Notes: a model not told the origin generated them from the sequence alone. Counted from the first letter of the whole stretch, positions 19,932 to 30,206 are shown. The stretch is 63,992 nucleotides of DNA, filler included, from Gemmatimonadota bacterium (GCA_003697105.1; 6 parts of 6 records of this genome joined end to end with filler, not necessarily neighbours in it), one strand, 5' to 3'. Program-made: numbers and translations.

Positions 19932-21122
19932 GTGAAGATGGGTGTTCCGGCAATTTTTACCACACCATCCACAAGCCGTGGTCGTTTGTGGTGTATCGGG
20001 CTGTTACTGATTTTTTTGGGAGTGGCGGCATGTAGTAAGTCCGAAGAAACCCCGAAAAATTCCGACGCAAAAACGGAAAAACAGGACAAAACGAAACAAA
20101 ATGCCCCGGGAAAAAAGGGGAATTGGAACTCCGAAGACGAGGAAGCCAATCGTGCCATTCCGGTTGAAGCAACGCGGGTTCAGGAAGGCAGTATTTCTGC
20201 CTATTTATTGCTTAGTTCCACCATTGAAACGGAGCTCGCCGTTGACGTTTACTCTGAATTGGCAGGTTTTGTGACCACCGTCCATGTAGAAGAGGGGGAT
20301 CACGTTCAAAAAGGGCAAGTGCTGGTTACGCTGGATCAAAAAGAGTATGCCTTGCAAGAAGCCAAGCAATTGTTGGCATTGGAAAATCAGGAAAAGGAAT
20401 ATAACCGGCTGAAAGGTCTGTATGAACGACAGTTGATTAGTAATGAAGATTTTAATACGGCTGAGTACCAGTATAAACAGGCACAATTGAACTGGCAAGA
20501 AGCGAAGCTCAACCTTGATCGTACCGAAATCACCGCGCCGATTGCCGGGGTCATCTCCAAACGATGGGTCACCACGGGTCAACGGGTCACCACGGCGGAG
20601 CCGCTCTTTTCCATCGTTAATTTGGATGAAATGATTGTTCGGGTCAACGTGCCGGAAACCGATTTAGCCAAATGTTATGTGGGACAAGAGGTGTTGATCA
20701 CCAGCGATTTTTTACCGGGGGAACGAATTTCGGGAACTATCAAGCGGATTAGCCCGGTGATCGATGCCGCCAGTGGCACATTTAGTGTCACCGTGGGGAT
20801 TTCCGACCCGCAACAGCGGCTTAAGCCAGGATCGTTTGTCAATGTACATATCATCACTGCCCGACATGATGCCGCAACGTTGATTCCTAAAGATGCGGTG
20901 ATTTACGAAAGTGATCAACAATTTGTTTTCAAAATTGTGCAAGATACGTTGGCACTTAAGACCCCATTGAAACTGGGATTAGAAGATGCCGAAAAATTTG
21001 AAGTTTTGGAGGGTCTGGCTGTCGGAGATACGATCATCGTGATCGGACAGAATGGGCTGAAAGATAAATCTAACGTAGATGTGGTCAAGTGGCAAAAGAT
21101 TACGTTTGAGGAAGGACTTTGA
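19932..21122 (+). CDS. RND efflux periplasmic adaptor (membrane fusion protein), lipoprotein
   Basis: Lipobox VAAC, VHVEEGDHVQKGQVL, coiled-coil hairpin, ITAPIAGVI. Confidence 0.88.
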   Translation: MKMGVPAIFTTPSTSRGRLWCIGLLLIFLGVAACSKSEETPKNSDAKTEKQDKTKQNAPGKKGNWNSEDEEANRAIPVEATRVQEGSISAYLLLSSTIETELAVDVYSELAGFVTTVHVEEGDHVQKGQVLVTLDQKEYALQEAKQLLALENQEKEYNRLKGLYERQLISNEDFNTAEYQYKQAQLNWQEAKLNLDRTEITAPIAGVISKRWVTTGQRVTTAEPLFSIVNLDEMIVRVNVPETDLAKCYVGQEVLITSDFLPGERISGTIKRISPVIDAASGTFSVTVGISDPQQRLKPGSFVNVHIITARHDAATLIPKDAVIYESDQQFVFKIVQDTLALKTPLKLGLEDAEKFEVLEGLAVGDTIIVIGQNGLKDKSNVDVVKWQKITFEEGL

Positions 21123-21125
21123 GCA

Positions 21126-21768
21126 ATGAAAAATATATTGGTTACTGGTACGGCAGGGTATATTGGTTCTATTTTGGCTCGACAGCTATTGGGCAAAGGT
21201 TATTATGTCCGTGGACTTGATCGACTGATGTTTGGCGGTGAATCATTGGTAAGCATCTATAATCACCCTCAATTTGAATTTATGAAAGGCGATATTCGGA
21301 ATGAAAATGATTGTCGACAAGCTATCTCTGATATGGACGCTGTGGTTCATCTGGCAGCTATTGTGGGTGACCCAGCTTGTGCAAAAGAGCCTGATTTAGC
21401 ACGAGAAACAAACTGGGTTGCTTCAAAATTACTGTTTGACTTGTGTGAAACGTCAAACCATATTCAGCGATTTATTTTTGCCTCGACATGCAGCAATTAT
21501 GGGAAAATGGAAAGTGACGGTTACGTAACAGAAGAATCCCCCTTATGCCCAGTATCACTCTACGCTGAGTTGAAAGTCAAATTTGAAAAATACATTCTTA
21601 AAAGCCAAACAAGACCTGATTTTATCCCGACATCGTTACGATTTTCAACCGCTTATGGACTCTCATCACGGATCCGTTTTGATCTTACGGTGAACGAGTT
21701 CGTCCGAGAATTGACGATGGGAAGAGAGCTGTTAATATTCGGAGAACAATTTTGGCGCCCATATTGTC
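21126..21768 (+). CDS. NAD-dependent nucleotide-sugar epimerase/dehydratase (3'-truncated by contig end)
   Basis: VTGTAGYIGS, HLAAIVGDPAC, YAELK (YxxxK). Confidence 0.88.
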
Positions 21769-21868
21769 NNNNNNNNNNNNNNNNNNNNNNNNNNNNNNNN
21801 NNNNNNNNNNNNTTAATTAATTAANNNNNNNNNNNNNNNNNNNNNNNNNNNNNNNNNNNNNNNNNNNN
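21769..21868. other. Artificial contig linker
   Basis: N44-TTAATTAATTAA-N44. Confidence 0.98.
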
Positions 21869-21869
21869 C

Positions 21870-23381
21870 TTCTTTTATAATATCCCCCCCGGTGATACCA
21901 AAACCATGAATATCTTCGTGATGCCCGGTCGTCCGGGTGAATACGATTTTTCAACCGGCATCGTTGCCCTCACCGATGATAATTTTGATAGTACGCTTGT
22001 CCGTTGTGTTGTGGAAGGTGTCCAGCAAGAATGGTTGGAGATGGTGCCGGATTCCCTCTTGACTCGATTTGATGAGCGAGGTATTCTCCGCACCGAATAC
22101 GACCGCATCTCCCGCCTAGAACGAATGGCAAAAGGATTATATTACCGGCGACGATTTATCCGTAAGAAGCTACCCCAAGTCGTCAAATTGGTGGAAACGG
22201 GTATCGGGATGTCAGGCTATTCCTTGGATAAACCGGCGAGTACTCTCGGTGCCGTGACTGCCGCCAAAGATATGATGGAGTTTACCTACCGCGCGTCCCG
22301 ATTGGCCGGGGAGATCACCGAATTTCACGACCGCTACCGGCGCTATGTCGCAACCGGTTCGTGGGACCCGAACGATATTATCGGACCCGCCGGATTTGGG
22401 GACGAACGATGGATCAACGTACCACAACCGCTCACGTACCAAATTCGGTTTGAAAATGATCCAAACCTTGCGAATGCCCCCGCCCAGGAGGTTCGCATCC
22501 GCCACCCATTGGATACCACCGTAGATGTGACCACCTTCCGGCTCGGCAATTTCGGGTTTAGCAACTTCAATTTTGAAGTACCCGAGGATTGCGCCTTCTA
22601 TGCAACTCGATTGGACGTTAGCGATTCGCTAGGGGTTTATGTCGATGTCCAAGCCGGCATTGACCTCCAGACCCGCGAAGCCTATTGGACATTTACCGCC
22701 GTGGATACCGCTACGGGCGAACTCCCCACCGACCCCTACGCGGGCTTTTTACCGGTCAATGATGCGGCACATCGTGGAGAAGGGTTTGTGTTCTACACCA
22801 TCCAGCCCAAACCGGATGTTCAAACGGGGGATGTGATTCACGCCAATGCCGAAATCATTTTTGATGTAAACGATCCGATTAACACCCCAGACATTTTCAA
22901 TACCGTGGACATAGACCCGCCCGTTAGCCGGGTGAATCCGCTACCACCGGCAAGTATTTCGAGACATTTTCTGGTGGATTGGTCCGGTGAGGACACCGGC
23001 GCCGGTATCCGGGAATATTCCATCTTTGTGTCGGAAAATGGGGGTCCCTACAGACCGTGGTTGAGTGGGGTTACCCAGACTTCAGCGGTCTTTTCGGGCA
23101 CCAACGGCAGTTTCTACCGATTTTACAGCCGGGCAGATGATTATGCCGGCAACATTGAGCCACCGAAATCATTACCCGAAGCCTCTATCTTGGTCGCCCG
23201 CCCGAACTTCCCCTATGATGTCAACGGGGACGGTACGGTGGATGTGATCGACTTGCAGGACGTACTAATCCACATCAACCGTGATGAATATGAGCCACAG
23301 TATGATATTAATGATGATCAGGTTATTGACCTTAAAGATGTGCAGGAAATGGGGTTGTTCTGGCATCAGAATACACCCTAA
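21870..23381 (+). CDS. C-terminal part of a large secreted modular protein with a C-terminal dockerin-like domain (5'-truncated)
   Basis: Frame is open from the contig edge. SWDPNDIIGP...YQIRFEND Ig-like module, then two EF-hand-like repeats DVNGDGTVDVIDL and DINDDQVIDLKDV. Confidence 0.75.
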   Translation, partial: FFYNIPPGDTKTMNIFVMPGRPGEYDFSTGIVALTDDNFDSTLVRCVVEGVQQEWLEMVPDSLLTRFDERGILRTEYDRISRLERMAKGLYYRRRFIRKKLPQVVKLVETGIGMSGYSLDKPASTLGAVTAAKDMMEFTYRASRLAGEITEFHDRYRRYVATGSWDPNDIIGPAGFGDERWINVPQPLTYQIRFENDPNLANAPAQEVRIRHPLDTTVDVTTFRLGNFGFSNFNFEVPEDCAFYATRLDVSDSLGVYVDVQAGIDLQTREAYWTFTAVDTATGELPTDPYAGFLPVNDAAHRGEGFVFYTIQPKPDVQTGDVIHANAEIIFDVNDPINTPDIFNTVDIDPPVSRVNPLPPASISRHFLVDWSGEDTGAGIREYSIFVSENGGPYRPWLSGVTQTSAVFSGTNGSFYRFYSRADDYAGNIEPPKSLPEASILVARPNFPYDVNGDGTVDVIDLQDVLIHINRDEYEPQYDINDDQVIDLKDVQEMGLFWHQNTP

Positions 23382-23437
23382 ATTCCCGCCGTTCTATACC
23401 ACCCGCGCACCATCCGAAATAACAAGGAGGAGGTAGA

Positions 23438-24763
23438 TTGATTTCAACCCGTTCATTTTCCCGTACTGGTATCATCGAAGGATTTTACGGCAAACCCTAC
23501 TCTCACCCGCAACGGCTCGATCTCCTGCAATTTCTTGCCCAGCAGGGGATGAGTGAGTATATTTACGCCCCTAAAAACGATCCGTATCACCGCGATCAAT
23601 GGCGTGACCCCTATCCACCGGTGAAAATACGCCAATTTCGGCAATTAATTCAGCAGGCAGAGCATCGGGGTCTAACGTTTACTTACGCGCTGAGTCCCGG
23701 TCTCTCCATCAATTATGCCTCAACCACCGATCGGGCACACGTCGTCGCAAAATTTCGAGTACTGGTTGATTTGGGTTGCCGGAGTCTGGCGCTTTTACTG
23801 GATGACATTTCGCCGGATCCGGCAACCGTGGATTTGGCACACCGGCAAATCGAGTTGGTGCAATATCTGATAGACCGTTTTGAGGCGGTGTCATGGACGA
23901 TTTGCCCGACAGAGTATCATGGTGACGGAAATTCAGACTACTTGCGGGCACTGGGTGAGGGGTTGTCGCCGGAAGTCTCCATCTTCTGGACGGGACCCGA
24001 AATCTGTTCCCCCTGGATTACTACGGATTACTGGCACTCAATTGCCCGTATTCTACATCGCCCGCCGCTCATTTGGGATAATTATCCGGTCAATGATGCC
24101 AGTATGACCAGCCGGATTCATCTCCGCCCTTTAAGCCAGCGCAGCCGGGACTTACCCGCCGCCGCCGGAGGATTTTTTGCCAACCCGATGACCCAATACG
24201 AAGCGTCTAAAATCCCGCTGATGACCATCGCCGCCTACTGTCGCGATCCACAGCAGTACGACGCCGGCAAGGCACTCGATCACGCATTAGACGCGTTAGT
24301 CCCCCCCGCTTGGAAGGCATCCATGCAAAAATTTATCGCTTGCAGCAGTTGGAGTTGCCTTACACCCCGCCCGGCAGAGAACCTCCTTGTTGAAATTACA
24401 AAGATGCTGAAAACCCCCTCATCAACCAGCCAACTGGATCGAATAGCAGAGGTTTGCGCTGAGTTGCGTTCAACCGGTGATACCATTTTGAACCTCCCAC
24501 ACCCTAAACTCCGCCAGGAGTTGCGCGGTTGGGCAAAACGTCTAATCCGCTGGGCGGATTTTGGCAATTCGGTAATTGACCGGCTTTATCCGGTCTGGGA
24601 GGACACCGGTTGGGAAGGCCTGATCACCCGAAAAGCCATTCTCCGGGAGGCACAAGCTCAATTGCTACACCTTCTTTCGGAACGCACGTACACCATGGCG
24701 TTCGATACCCTGTATGAGGCGGCATGGCAAGGCATCCAGAATGCGGTAACATATTCAGAATAA
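23438..24763 (+). CDS. GH84 beta-N-acetylglucosaminidase (O-GlcNAcase/hyaluronidase family)
   Basis: GIIEGFYGKP, YIYAPKNDPYHR, catalytic DD in LLLDDI, WDNYPVND; strong AGGAGGAGG RBS before the TTG start. Confidence 0.9.
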   Translation: MISTRSFSRTGIIEGFYGKPYSHPQRLDLLQFLAQQGMSEYIYAPKNDPYHRDQWRDPYPPVKIRQFRQLIQQAEHRGLTFTYALSPGLSINYASTTDRAHVVAKFRVLVDLGCRSLALLLDDISPDPATVDLAHRQIELVQYLIDRFEAVSWTICPTEYHGDGNSDYLRALGEGLSPEVSIFWTGPEICSPWITTDYWHSIARILHRPPLIWDNYPVNDASMTSRIHLRPLSQRSRDLPAAAGGFFANPMTQYEASKIPLMTIAAYCRDPQQYDAGKALDHALDALVPPAWKASMQKFIACSSWSCLTPRPAENLLVEITKMLKTPSSTSQLDRIAEVCAELRSTGDTILNLPHPKLRQELRGWAKRLIRWADFGNSVIDRLYPVWEDTGWEGLITRKAILREAQAQLLHLLSERTYTMAFDTLYEAAWQGIQNAVTYSE

Positions 24764-24790
24764 ACCGGTTTTTGCCGCTGGATTTTCTAC

Positions 24791-24861
24791 TTGACACTTT
24801 TTTTGATTTTCCATAAGTTGACAGAACTTTTGCGGTCTGCTGGAATTTTACAGCAGACCGC
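24791..24861 (+). promoter_or_regulatory. Putative promoter and 5' UTR hairpin of yebC-ruvC-ruvA
   Basis: TTGACA-N17-TAAGTT followed by the 11-bp perfect stem GCGGTCTGCTG/CAGCAGACCGC (24832-24861). Confidence 0.4.
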
Positions 24862-24931
24862 CGGCATAATTGTAACGTGTACCGATCCTGTTTAGCTTGA
24901 CTTTAATCGACTTAAATAAAGGAGCAGAACC

Positions 24932-25678
24932 ATGTCAGGTCACTCGAAATGGGCGACAATTAAACGCAAAAAAGCGGCGGTAGATGCCAAACGGGGCAAA
25001 ATTTTTACCCGATTAATTCGGGAAATTATGATTGCGGCGCGTGAGGGCGGAGGCGATCCCGAAGCGAATTCCCGCCTGCGTACGGCAATCAATAACGCAA
25101 AATCCGAAAATATGCCCATGGACAACATCGAACGGGCGATTAAGCGGGGCACCGGCGAACTGGAAGGTGTGAATTATGAAGAAAGCTGGTACGAAGCGTA
25201 TGCCCCGGGCGGCGTCGGGTTATATATTCAGGTGTTGACGGATAACAAAAACCGAACAGTGGCTGAAATCCGGCATTTGCTAACCCGAAACAACGCGAGC
25301 ATGGCAGAAGCTGGCGCGGTAGCGTGGATGTTTGAGCAAAAAGGGGTGATTACCATCGACGCCTCCACAGTTGATGAAGACCAATTGATGGAGATTGCCC
25401 TTGAGGCGGGTGCGGACGATCTGGAAAGCGACGAAAATGTCCATATCGTCAAAACGGCACCGGCCGATCTGCACCCGGTGCAAGCCGCCTTGGAGGAGCA
25501 TAACGTTGCCTATCTTTCGGCGGAAATCACATATTTACCGAAAAATGAAATCGAATTGGATGCGGAAACCGGTCAAAAAGTGATGAAGCTATTGGATGTG
25601 CTGGAAGATCATGATGATGTCCAAAACGTCTATCATAATGCCGATTTTCCCGAAGCATTATTAGCGGAAGAAGGTTAA
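24932..25678 (+). CDS. yebC: YebC/PmpR family protein
   Basis: MSGHSKWATIKRKK, TDNKNRT, LEDHDDVQNVYHN. Confidence 0.96.
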   Translation: MSGHSKWATIKRKKAAVDAKRGKIFTRLIREIMIAAREGGGDPEANSRLRTAINNAKSENMPMDNIERAIKRGTGELEGVNYEESWYEAYAPGGVGLYIQVLTDNKNRTVAEIRHLLTRNNASMAEAGAVAWMFEQKGVITIDASTVDEDQLMEIALEAGADDLESDENVHIVKTAPADLHPVQAALEEHNVAYLSAEITYLPKNEIELDAETGQKVMKLLDVLEDHDDVQNVYHNADFPEALLAEEG

Positions 25679-26166
25679 TGTTGCGTGTAATTGGCATAGA
25701 CCCGGGGATTCACATCACCGGTTGGGGTATTGTCGATGCGGAAGATCGGGAGGTTCAGTTGGTTGATTATGGAGTGATCAAGACCAAACGAACCCAACCC
25801 CTTCCCATCCGGTTAAAGCATGTCTATGATGGGGTTTCGGGGATGATTGCCCAATATAAGCCGGAAGTATTATCGATTGAAGAGGCATTCTATTCCAAAA
25901 ATGTAAAAGTCGCCTTAACCATTGGGCAGGCGCGGGCGGCGGCAATCCTCGCTGGCACAAATGCCGCGTTGGAAGTCGCTGAGTATAGCCCGCGTGAAAT
26001 CAAGCAATCCTCGGTGGGATTGGGTGCCGCCGTTAAAGGGCAGGTGCAGTATATGGTCAAAGTCCTATTGAAGTTAGATAAAGAACCCTCTCCCGTGGAT
26101 GCGGCGGATGCCCTCGCGGCGGCAATTTGCCATATCAACCGGGCGCATCTCAAGTATTTGGCGTAA
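25678..26166 (+). CDS. ruvC: Holliday junction resolvase RuvC
   Basis: IGIDPG, IEEAFY, DAADALAAAICH. Confidence 0.95.
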   Translation: MLRVIGIDPGIHITGWGIVDAEDREVQLVDYGVIKTKRTQPLPIRLKHVYDGVSGMIAQYKPEVLSIEEAFYSKNVKVALTIGQARAAAILAGTNAALEVAEYSPREIKQSSVGLGAAVKGQVQYMVKVLLKLDKEPSPVDAADALAAAICHINRAHLKYLA

Positions 26167-26198
26167 GGTTCCGGAACCGCTGGGAGTAAAGATCAACC

Positions 26199-26795
26199 AT
26201 GATCACCTTTTTACGGGGAATACTCGTCAAAAAAGCACCCACACAGGTCGTCCTTGATGTCAATGGGGTCGGCTACACGATTGCAATCCCGCTTTCCAGC
26301 TACGAGGCACTACCCGCCACAGACAAACCCGTTCAATTGCTGACTCATTTGCACCTGCGTGATAATGACATTCAACTTTTCGGTTTTATGAGCAGTAATG
26401 AAAAACGCCTGTTTGAAAAGGTGATTAACGTGAGTGGCGTTGGACCGCAATTGGCTTTAGGGATTCTCTCGGCGATGCCGGCCAATACCTTCAAACAAGC
26501 CATTTTTCAGCAGGATGTAAAGGCATTGACGAAGATTCCGCGCGTTGGTAAGAAACTGGCGGAACGCTTAATTCTGGAGTTAAAAGATTCGTTCAAAAAC
26601 CTTGATATGGATGATCTGGCAATACCCACCACAAATGATGACAAAACCAAGATCGAAGAAGCGGTGCTGGCACTGATCTCCCTCGGCTATAAAGAGATGC
26701 AATCTCGCAGTGCCATTGTTAAAGCCCGAGCGGCATTGCCGGATGAGTTTACCGTCGAAGACCTCGTTCGAGAGGGGTTAAACGCATTTCTCTAA
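26199..26795 (+). CDS. ruvA: Holliday junction branch migration protein RuvA
   Basis: LDVNGVGY, VSGVGPQLAL, IPRVGKKLAERLILELK, ALISLGY. Confidence 0.95.
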   Translation: MITFLRGILVKKAPTQVVLDVNGVGYTIAIPLSSYEALPATDKPVQLLTHLHLRDNDIQLFGFMSSNEKRLFEKVINVSGVGPQLALGILSAMPANTFKQAIFQQDVKALTKIPRVGKKLAERLILELKDSFKNLDMDDLAIPTTNDDKTKIEEAVLALISLGYKEMQSRSAIVKARAALPDEFTVEDLVREGLNAFL

Positions 26796-26897
26796 GCGGG
26801 TATCCCCAACATCACCTTGAAATGAGGCGAACATAAAATCCCTATTCTGGAGAGACGGTTATTTGATTCTGAGCCGCGTTCCAAACCAAATAAAAGC

Positions 26898-26926
26898 TTG
26901 ACAACATCATGGGTTTGTGCTAGAAT
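26898..26926 (+). promoter_or_regulatory. Sigma70-type promoter (extended -10) for the lipoprotein pair
   Basis: TTGACA-N17-TAGAAT with TGn immediately before the -10. Confidence 0.6.
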
Positions 26927-26981
26927 GCCACTGAATTAATTCAACCATTTTTATTTATATCATGGGACGTAAGGAGGTTTT

Positions 26982-27380
26982 ATGCAGAACTACTCAAAAT
27001 ACGCCACAGTGATCGTTTTAGGGGCGGTTCTGGTGTTTGGTAGTGGCTGTGCATCGCTAGTGCCCCCCCCAGCCGATGTGAGCCAAAAAATGGCTGACAT
27101 AGAATCCACTCAGAAAGAGATGGCAACAGTCAAAGGTGATGTGGAAAAAATGCAAGGGGATATAACGTCACTCCAAAGTGAGGTTGACCGTGAACAGCAA
27201 GAATTGGATAAATTAAAAGCCCAAGGCAAACTCACGGAACAAGACTTTACGGCGAAAAAAGAAGAAGCCGTCAAGCGAATGCGAGGTAGTGGGCGGAGTG
27301 AAAGCCAAATCCGCGAGATGCTAACTACGCTCGGTTTTAATGCTCAGGAAATTCAAGATTTACTGGATCGAACTCGATAA
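26982..27380 (+). CDS. Coiled-coil lipoprotein, function unknown
   Basis: AAGGAGG RBS, lipobox-like GSGC, heptad-rich helix. Confidence 0.7.
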   Translation: MQNYSKYATVIVLGAVLVFGSGCASLVPPPADVSQKMADIESTQKEMATVKGDVEKMQGDITSLQSEVDREQQELDKLKAQGKLTEQDFTAKKEEAVKRMRGSGRSESQIREMLTTLGFNAQEIQDLLDRTR

Positions 27381-27398
27381 ACGTATAGGAGGCGACTT

Positions 27399-28190
27399 GT
27401 GAAAACTCTCATTAAATTTTCGTTATTAGCGATTATCGCTGTTGCGCTTTCATCGTGTGCGTCCAGTCAAGTGAATAAGACCTGTGACGAATTGGAAACC
27501 CTGATGGATTCGCAAGAAGGCCAATTAAAAGCGGCAGAATGGCAAGCCTATGCCGGTTGTGTGGATGAAGATTTAGCATCCTTACAAGGTGAACTGGATC
27601 AGTTAAATCAGCAAAAAGCAGATTTAGAAAAGCAAAAACGTGATTTGGAAAAACGGTTGCAAGGTATTCGGGGTGAAAAAGAAGCCTTTGCCGAAAACAA
27701 TGTTCTGGTGGAAGAACGAAATCGGAACTTGAACAAAGGGTTAGAAGACCTCATCAATGAATACAAAGCATTACCAACAGAATACACCGTTCAAGACGGT
27801 GACGCACTCGCCGATATTTCTGCCCGGGATGACATTTACGCAGATAAGACCAAATGGAAACGCATCTATCACGAAAATCGGGATAAAATCCGCAGCCCGA
27901 ATCTGATTTATCCGAACTGGGTTTTGAAGATTCCACGAGATTGGCCCGATAAAATTACCGTTCGTCGAGGGGATTCCCTGTGGAAAATTGCCGGATATTG
28001 GTGGGTTTTTGACCAACCCACAGATTGGGTGATGCTTTACGCCAAAAATAAAGATACCCTCCGGGCTAAAAATAATCCTGACTTAATCTATCCCGATGAA
28101 GAATTGGTGATTCCCCGCGGTGAAGATGCCCGCAACGCCATGAAAGCGAAATCCAAAGACGACCTGCGCAGTTATTGGCAGTCAAAATAA
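27399..28190 (+). CDS. Coiled-coil lipoprotein with two LysM domains
   Basis: Lipobox LSSC; YTVQDGDAL..NLIYPNWVLKIP and TVRRGDSLWKIA..PDLIYPDEELVIP. Confidence 0.85.
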   Translation: MKTLIKFSLLAIIAVALSSCASSQVNKTCDELETLMDSQEGQLKAAEWQAYAGCVDEDLASLQGELDQLNQQKADLEKQKRDLEKRLQGIRGEKEAFAENNVLVEERNRNLNKGLEDLINEYKALPTEYTVQDGDALADISARDDIYADKTKWKRIYHENRDKIRSPNLIYPNWVLKIPRDWPDKITVRRGDSLWKIAGYWWVFDQPTDWVMLYAKNKDTLRAKNNPDLIYPDEELVIPRGEDARNAMKAKSKDDLRSYWQSK

Positions 28191-28219
28191 GCCATTTATC
28201 ATAGTTTGATTTTAGGATG

Positions 28220-28252
28220 AAACCCCTGTTGGAAATCCGGCAGGGGTTTTTT
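28220..28252 (+). terminator. Intrinsic terminator
   Basis: AAACCCCTG...CAGGGGTTT stem followed by a T-run. Confidence 0.75.
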
Positions 28253-28342
28253 GTATGAAACGCTTGCTTAAACGAGGTTTGAACGTTATATTCCACCAGA
28301 CGTTAAAATGGTTTTTTATCTGCCGGGAGGAATCAAATTTCT

Positions 28343-29284
28343 ATGGGAAAACGCCGGATTTTTATTGTAGATGATGAAGACCGAGTTTTGGAGTTGCTCC
28401 GCTTCGGATTGGAGATGTCAGGTTACGAAGTCATCTCCGCTCGGGATGGGGGGGAAGCTCTGGAAAAAATCCAGCAGACCAAACCGGATATTATTGTCTC
28501 TGACATCATGATGCCGGGCTTAGATGGGTACGAACTCTGCAAAATCCTGCGAGAAAACCCTGAAACCTACCTGATCCCATTTATCTTTTTGAGTGCAAAA
28601 GGACAAGTACCCGATAAAATTAAAGGGATCAATCTAGGGGCAGATGAATACATGACCAAACCGTTTGATGTCCAAGAACTCCTCGCCCGTATTGACGCGA
28701 TCATGACGCGGGTCGATGAAGTTCAAAGCCATGCTACCAGCAGTGATACCGCCATCTCCGGCAAATTATCCCAGATGGAGATCGTGGATGTGATCCAAAT
28801 CTGCCAACTGGGGCAGAAAACCGGAATGTTAAAATTAATACGCGAAAATATGGAAGGCTATCTGTTTTTCCTAGAAGGAGAAATTATTGACGCCAGTTTG
28901 TTTACTCAAAAGGGCGAAAACGCATTCTACCGCCTCCTGACATGGCGAGAAGGCAATTTTCAATTTGATCCGAGGGAGCCTCTAGTACAACGTACCATTT
29001 TTAAGTCCACTTCGGCGTTGCTAATGGAAGGATTACGCCGGCTAGAACAGTGGAAACAAGCCAAAGAAACCGCCCCCTCGTTAAGTACCATGCTGATGCC
29101 TTCCGGACGAAGTGTGAACCGGGATCACCTCTCAGAAAATGAACGAATCGTCTTTGAAATGATTGACGGTAAACGTGACTTATATACCATTTTAACATTA
29201 AGCCAACTCACTGGGGAGCAAGTCTTTAAGAGTGTCCTGCGGCTGATGGAATTAGAACTAATTGAACCCATTATAAATACCTAA
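28343..29284 (+). CDS. Response regulator with a DUF4388 (PatA N-terminal-like) output domain
   Basis: REC domain (SDIMMPGLDG, KPF), then ISGKLSQMEIVDVIQ..KTGML..GEIIDA..GENAFYRLLTWREGNFQF. Confidence 0.85.
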   Translation: MGKRRIFIVDDEDRVLELLRFGLEMSGYEVISARDGGEALEKIQQTKPDIIVSDIMMPGLDGYELCKILRENPETYLIPFIFLSAKGQVPDKIKGINLGADEYMTKPFDVQELLARIDAIMTRVDEVQSHATSSDTAISGKLSQMEIVDVIQICQLGQKTGMLKLIRENMEGYLFFLEGEIIDASLFTQKGENAFYRLLTWREGNFQFDPREPLVQRTIFKSTSALLMEGLRRLEQWKQAKETAPSLSTMLMPSGRSVNRDHLSENERIVFEMIDGKRDLYTILTLSQLTGEQVFKSVLRLMELELIEPIINT

Positions 29285-30205
29285 ATGGCAAAATCTATAT
29301 CTCAAACGATTAAGAACAACCTATTATATGTCCTTATTCGGGTATTAATTCTTGTCGTTCAATTGGTTTCACGACCGGTCGCATTTATGATGGCTAAATT
29401 CTTGGGGAATTTAGCCTTTTTGCTACTTCGTACGGAACGGCACCGAATGCAACATCACTTGACAATAGCATTCGGTAAGGAAAAAAGCGCTCCTGAAATT
29501 GAGCTGTGGGCTCGACAAACCTTTGTGGATTTAGCCCAAAATGCAATTGACGCCATCCGCCTCCGGTATATGAATGCCGATAATATCCGGGCATATATCA
29601 CCGTTTCCGGCGAGGAACATCTGGCAAATGCCTACCACCAAGGTCGGGGTGTTATTGCCCTCAGTGCGCATCTGGGCTGTTTTGAACTCATTCCGGTGTT
29701 CTTTGCCTACCGGGGATTCCAGGTGAGTGTCTTTTCCCGGGTGTTATATGATCGCCGCTTGGATCACTTGTTGGTTCGAAATCGCCAGAAACATGGGGTC
29801 CATGATATTCATCGCCGGCACGGTATCCGAGGGTTGTTGCGTGCCCTCCGCAACGGGCACTGTCTCGGTATTTTAGGAGATCAGGATACCAAAGTCGAAG
29901 GTATTTTCGTCCCCTTTTTTGGAAAATTGGCACATACACCCTCCGGACCCGCCGCAATGGCACTCACCATGAAAGCACCGATTGTTATTGTGGTAATCCA
30001 TCGCGATTCACGAACTCAACGACACCATATTCAGGTCACACCGCCATTGATTCCACCCGAATCTACCAGTAAAGAAGATGCTATCCGGGAACTGACAACC
30101 CAATATAACCAACAATTGGAAATGTTTATTCAGGAACACCCAACCCAGTGGGTCTGGATGCACCGGCGCTGGAAAAAACAACCACCAAAAGAAATCACAA
30201 ACTAA
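29285..30205 (+). CDS. lpxL: Lipid A late acyltransferase (LpxL/HtrB family)
   Basis: SAHLGCFE, LGDQD, FVPFFGK, PTQWVWMHRRWK. Confidence 0.82.
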   Translation: MAKSISQTIKNNLLYVLIRVLILVVQLVSRPVAFMMAKFLGNLAFLLLRTERHRMQHHLTIAFGKEKSAPEIELWARQTFVDLAQNAIDAIRLRYMNADNIRAYITVSGEEHLANAYHQGRGVIALSAHLGCFELIPVFFAYRGFQVSVFSRVLYDRRLDHLLVRNRQKHGVHDIHRRHGIRGLLRALRNGHCLGILGDQDTKVEGIFVPFFGKLAHTPSGPAAMALTMKAPIVIVVIHRDSRTQRHHIQVTPPLIPPESTSKEDAIRELTTQYNQQLEMFIQEHPTQWVWMHRRWKKQPPKEITN

Positions 30206-30206
30206 G

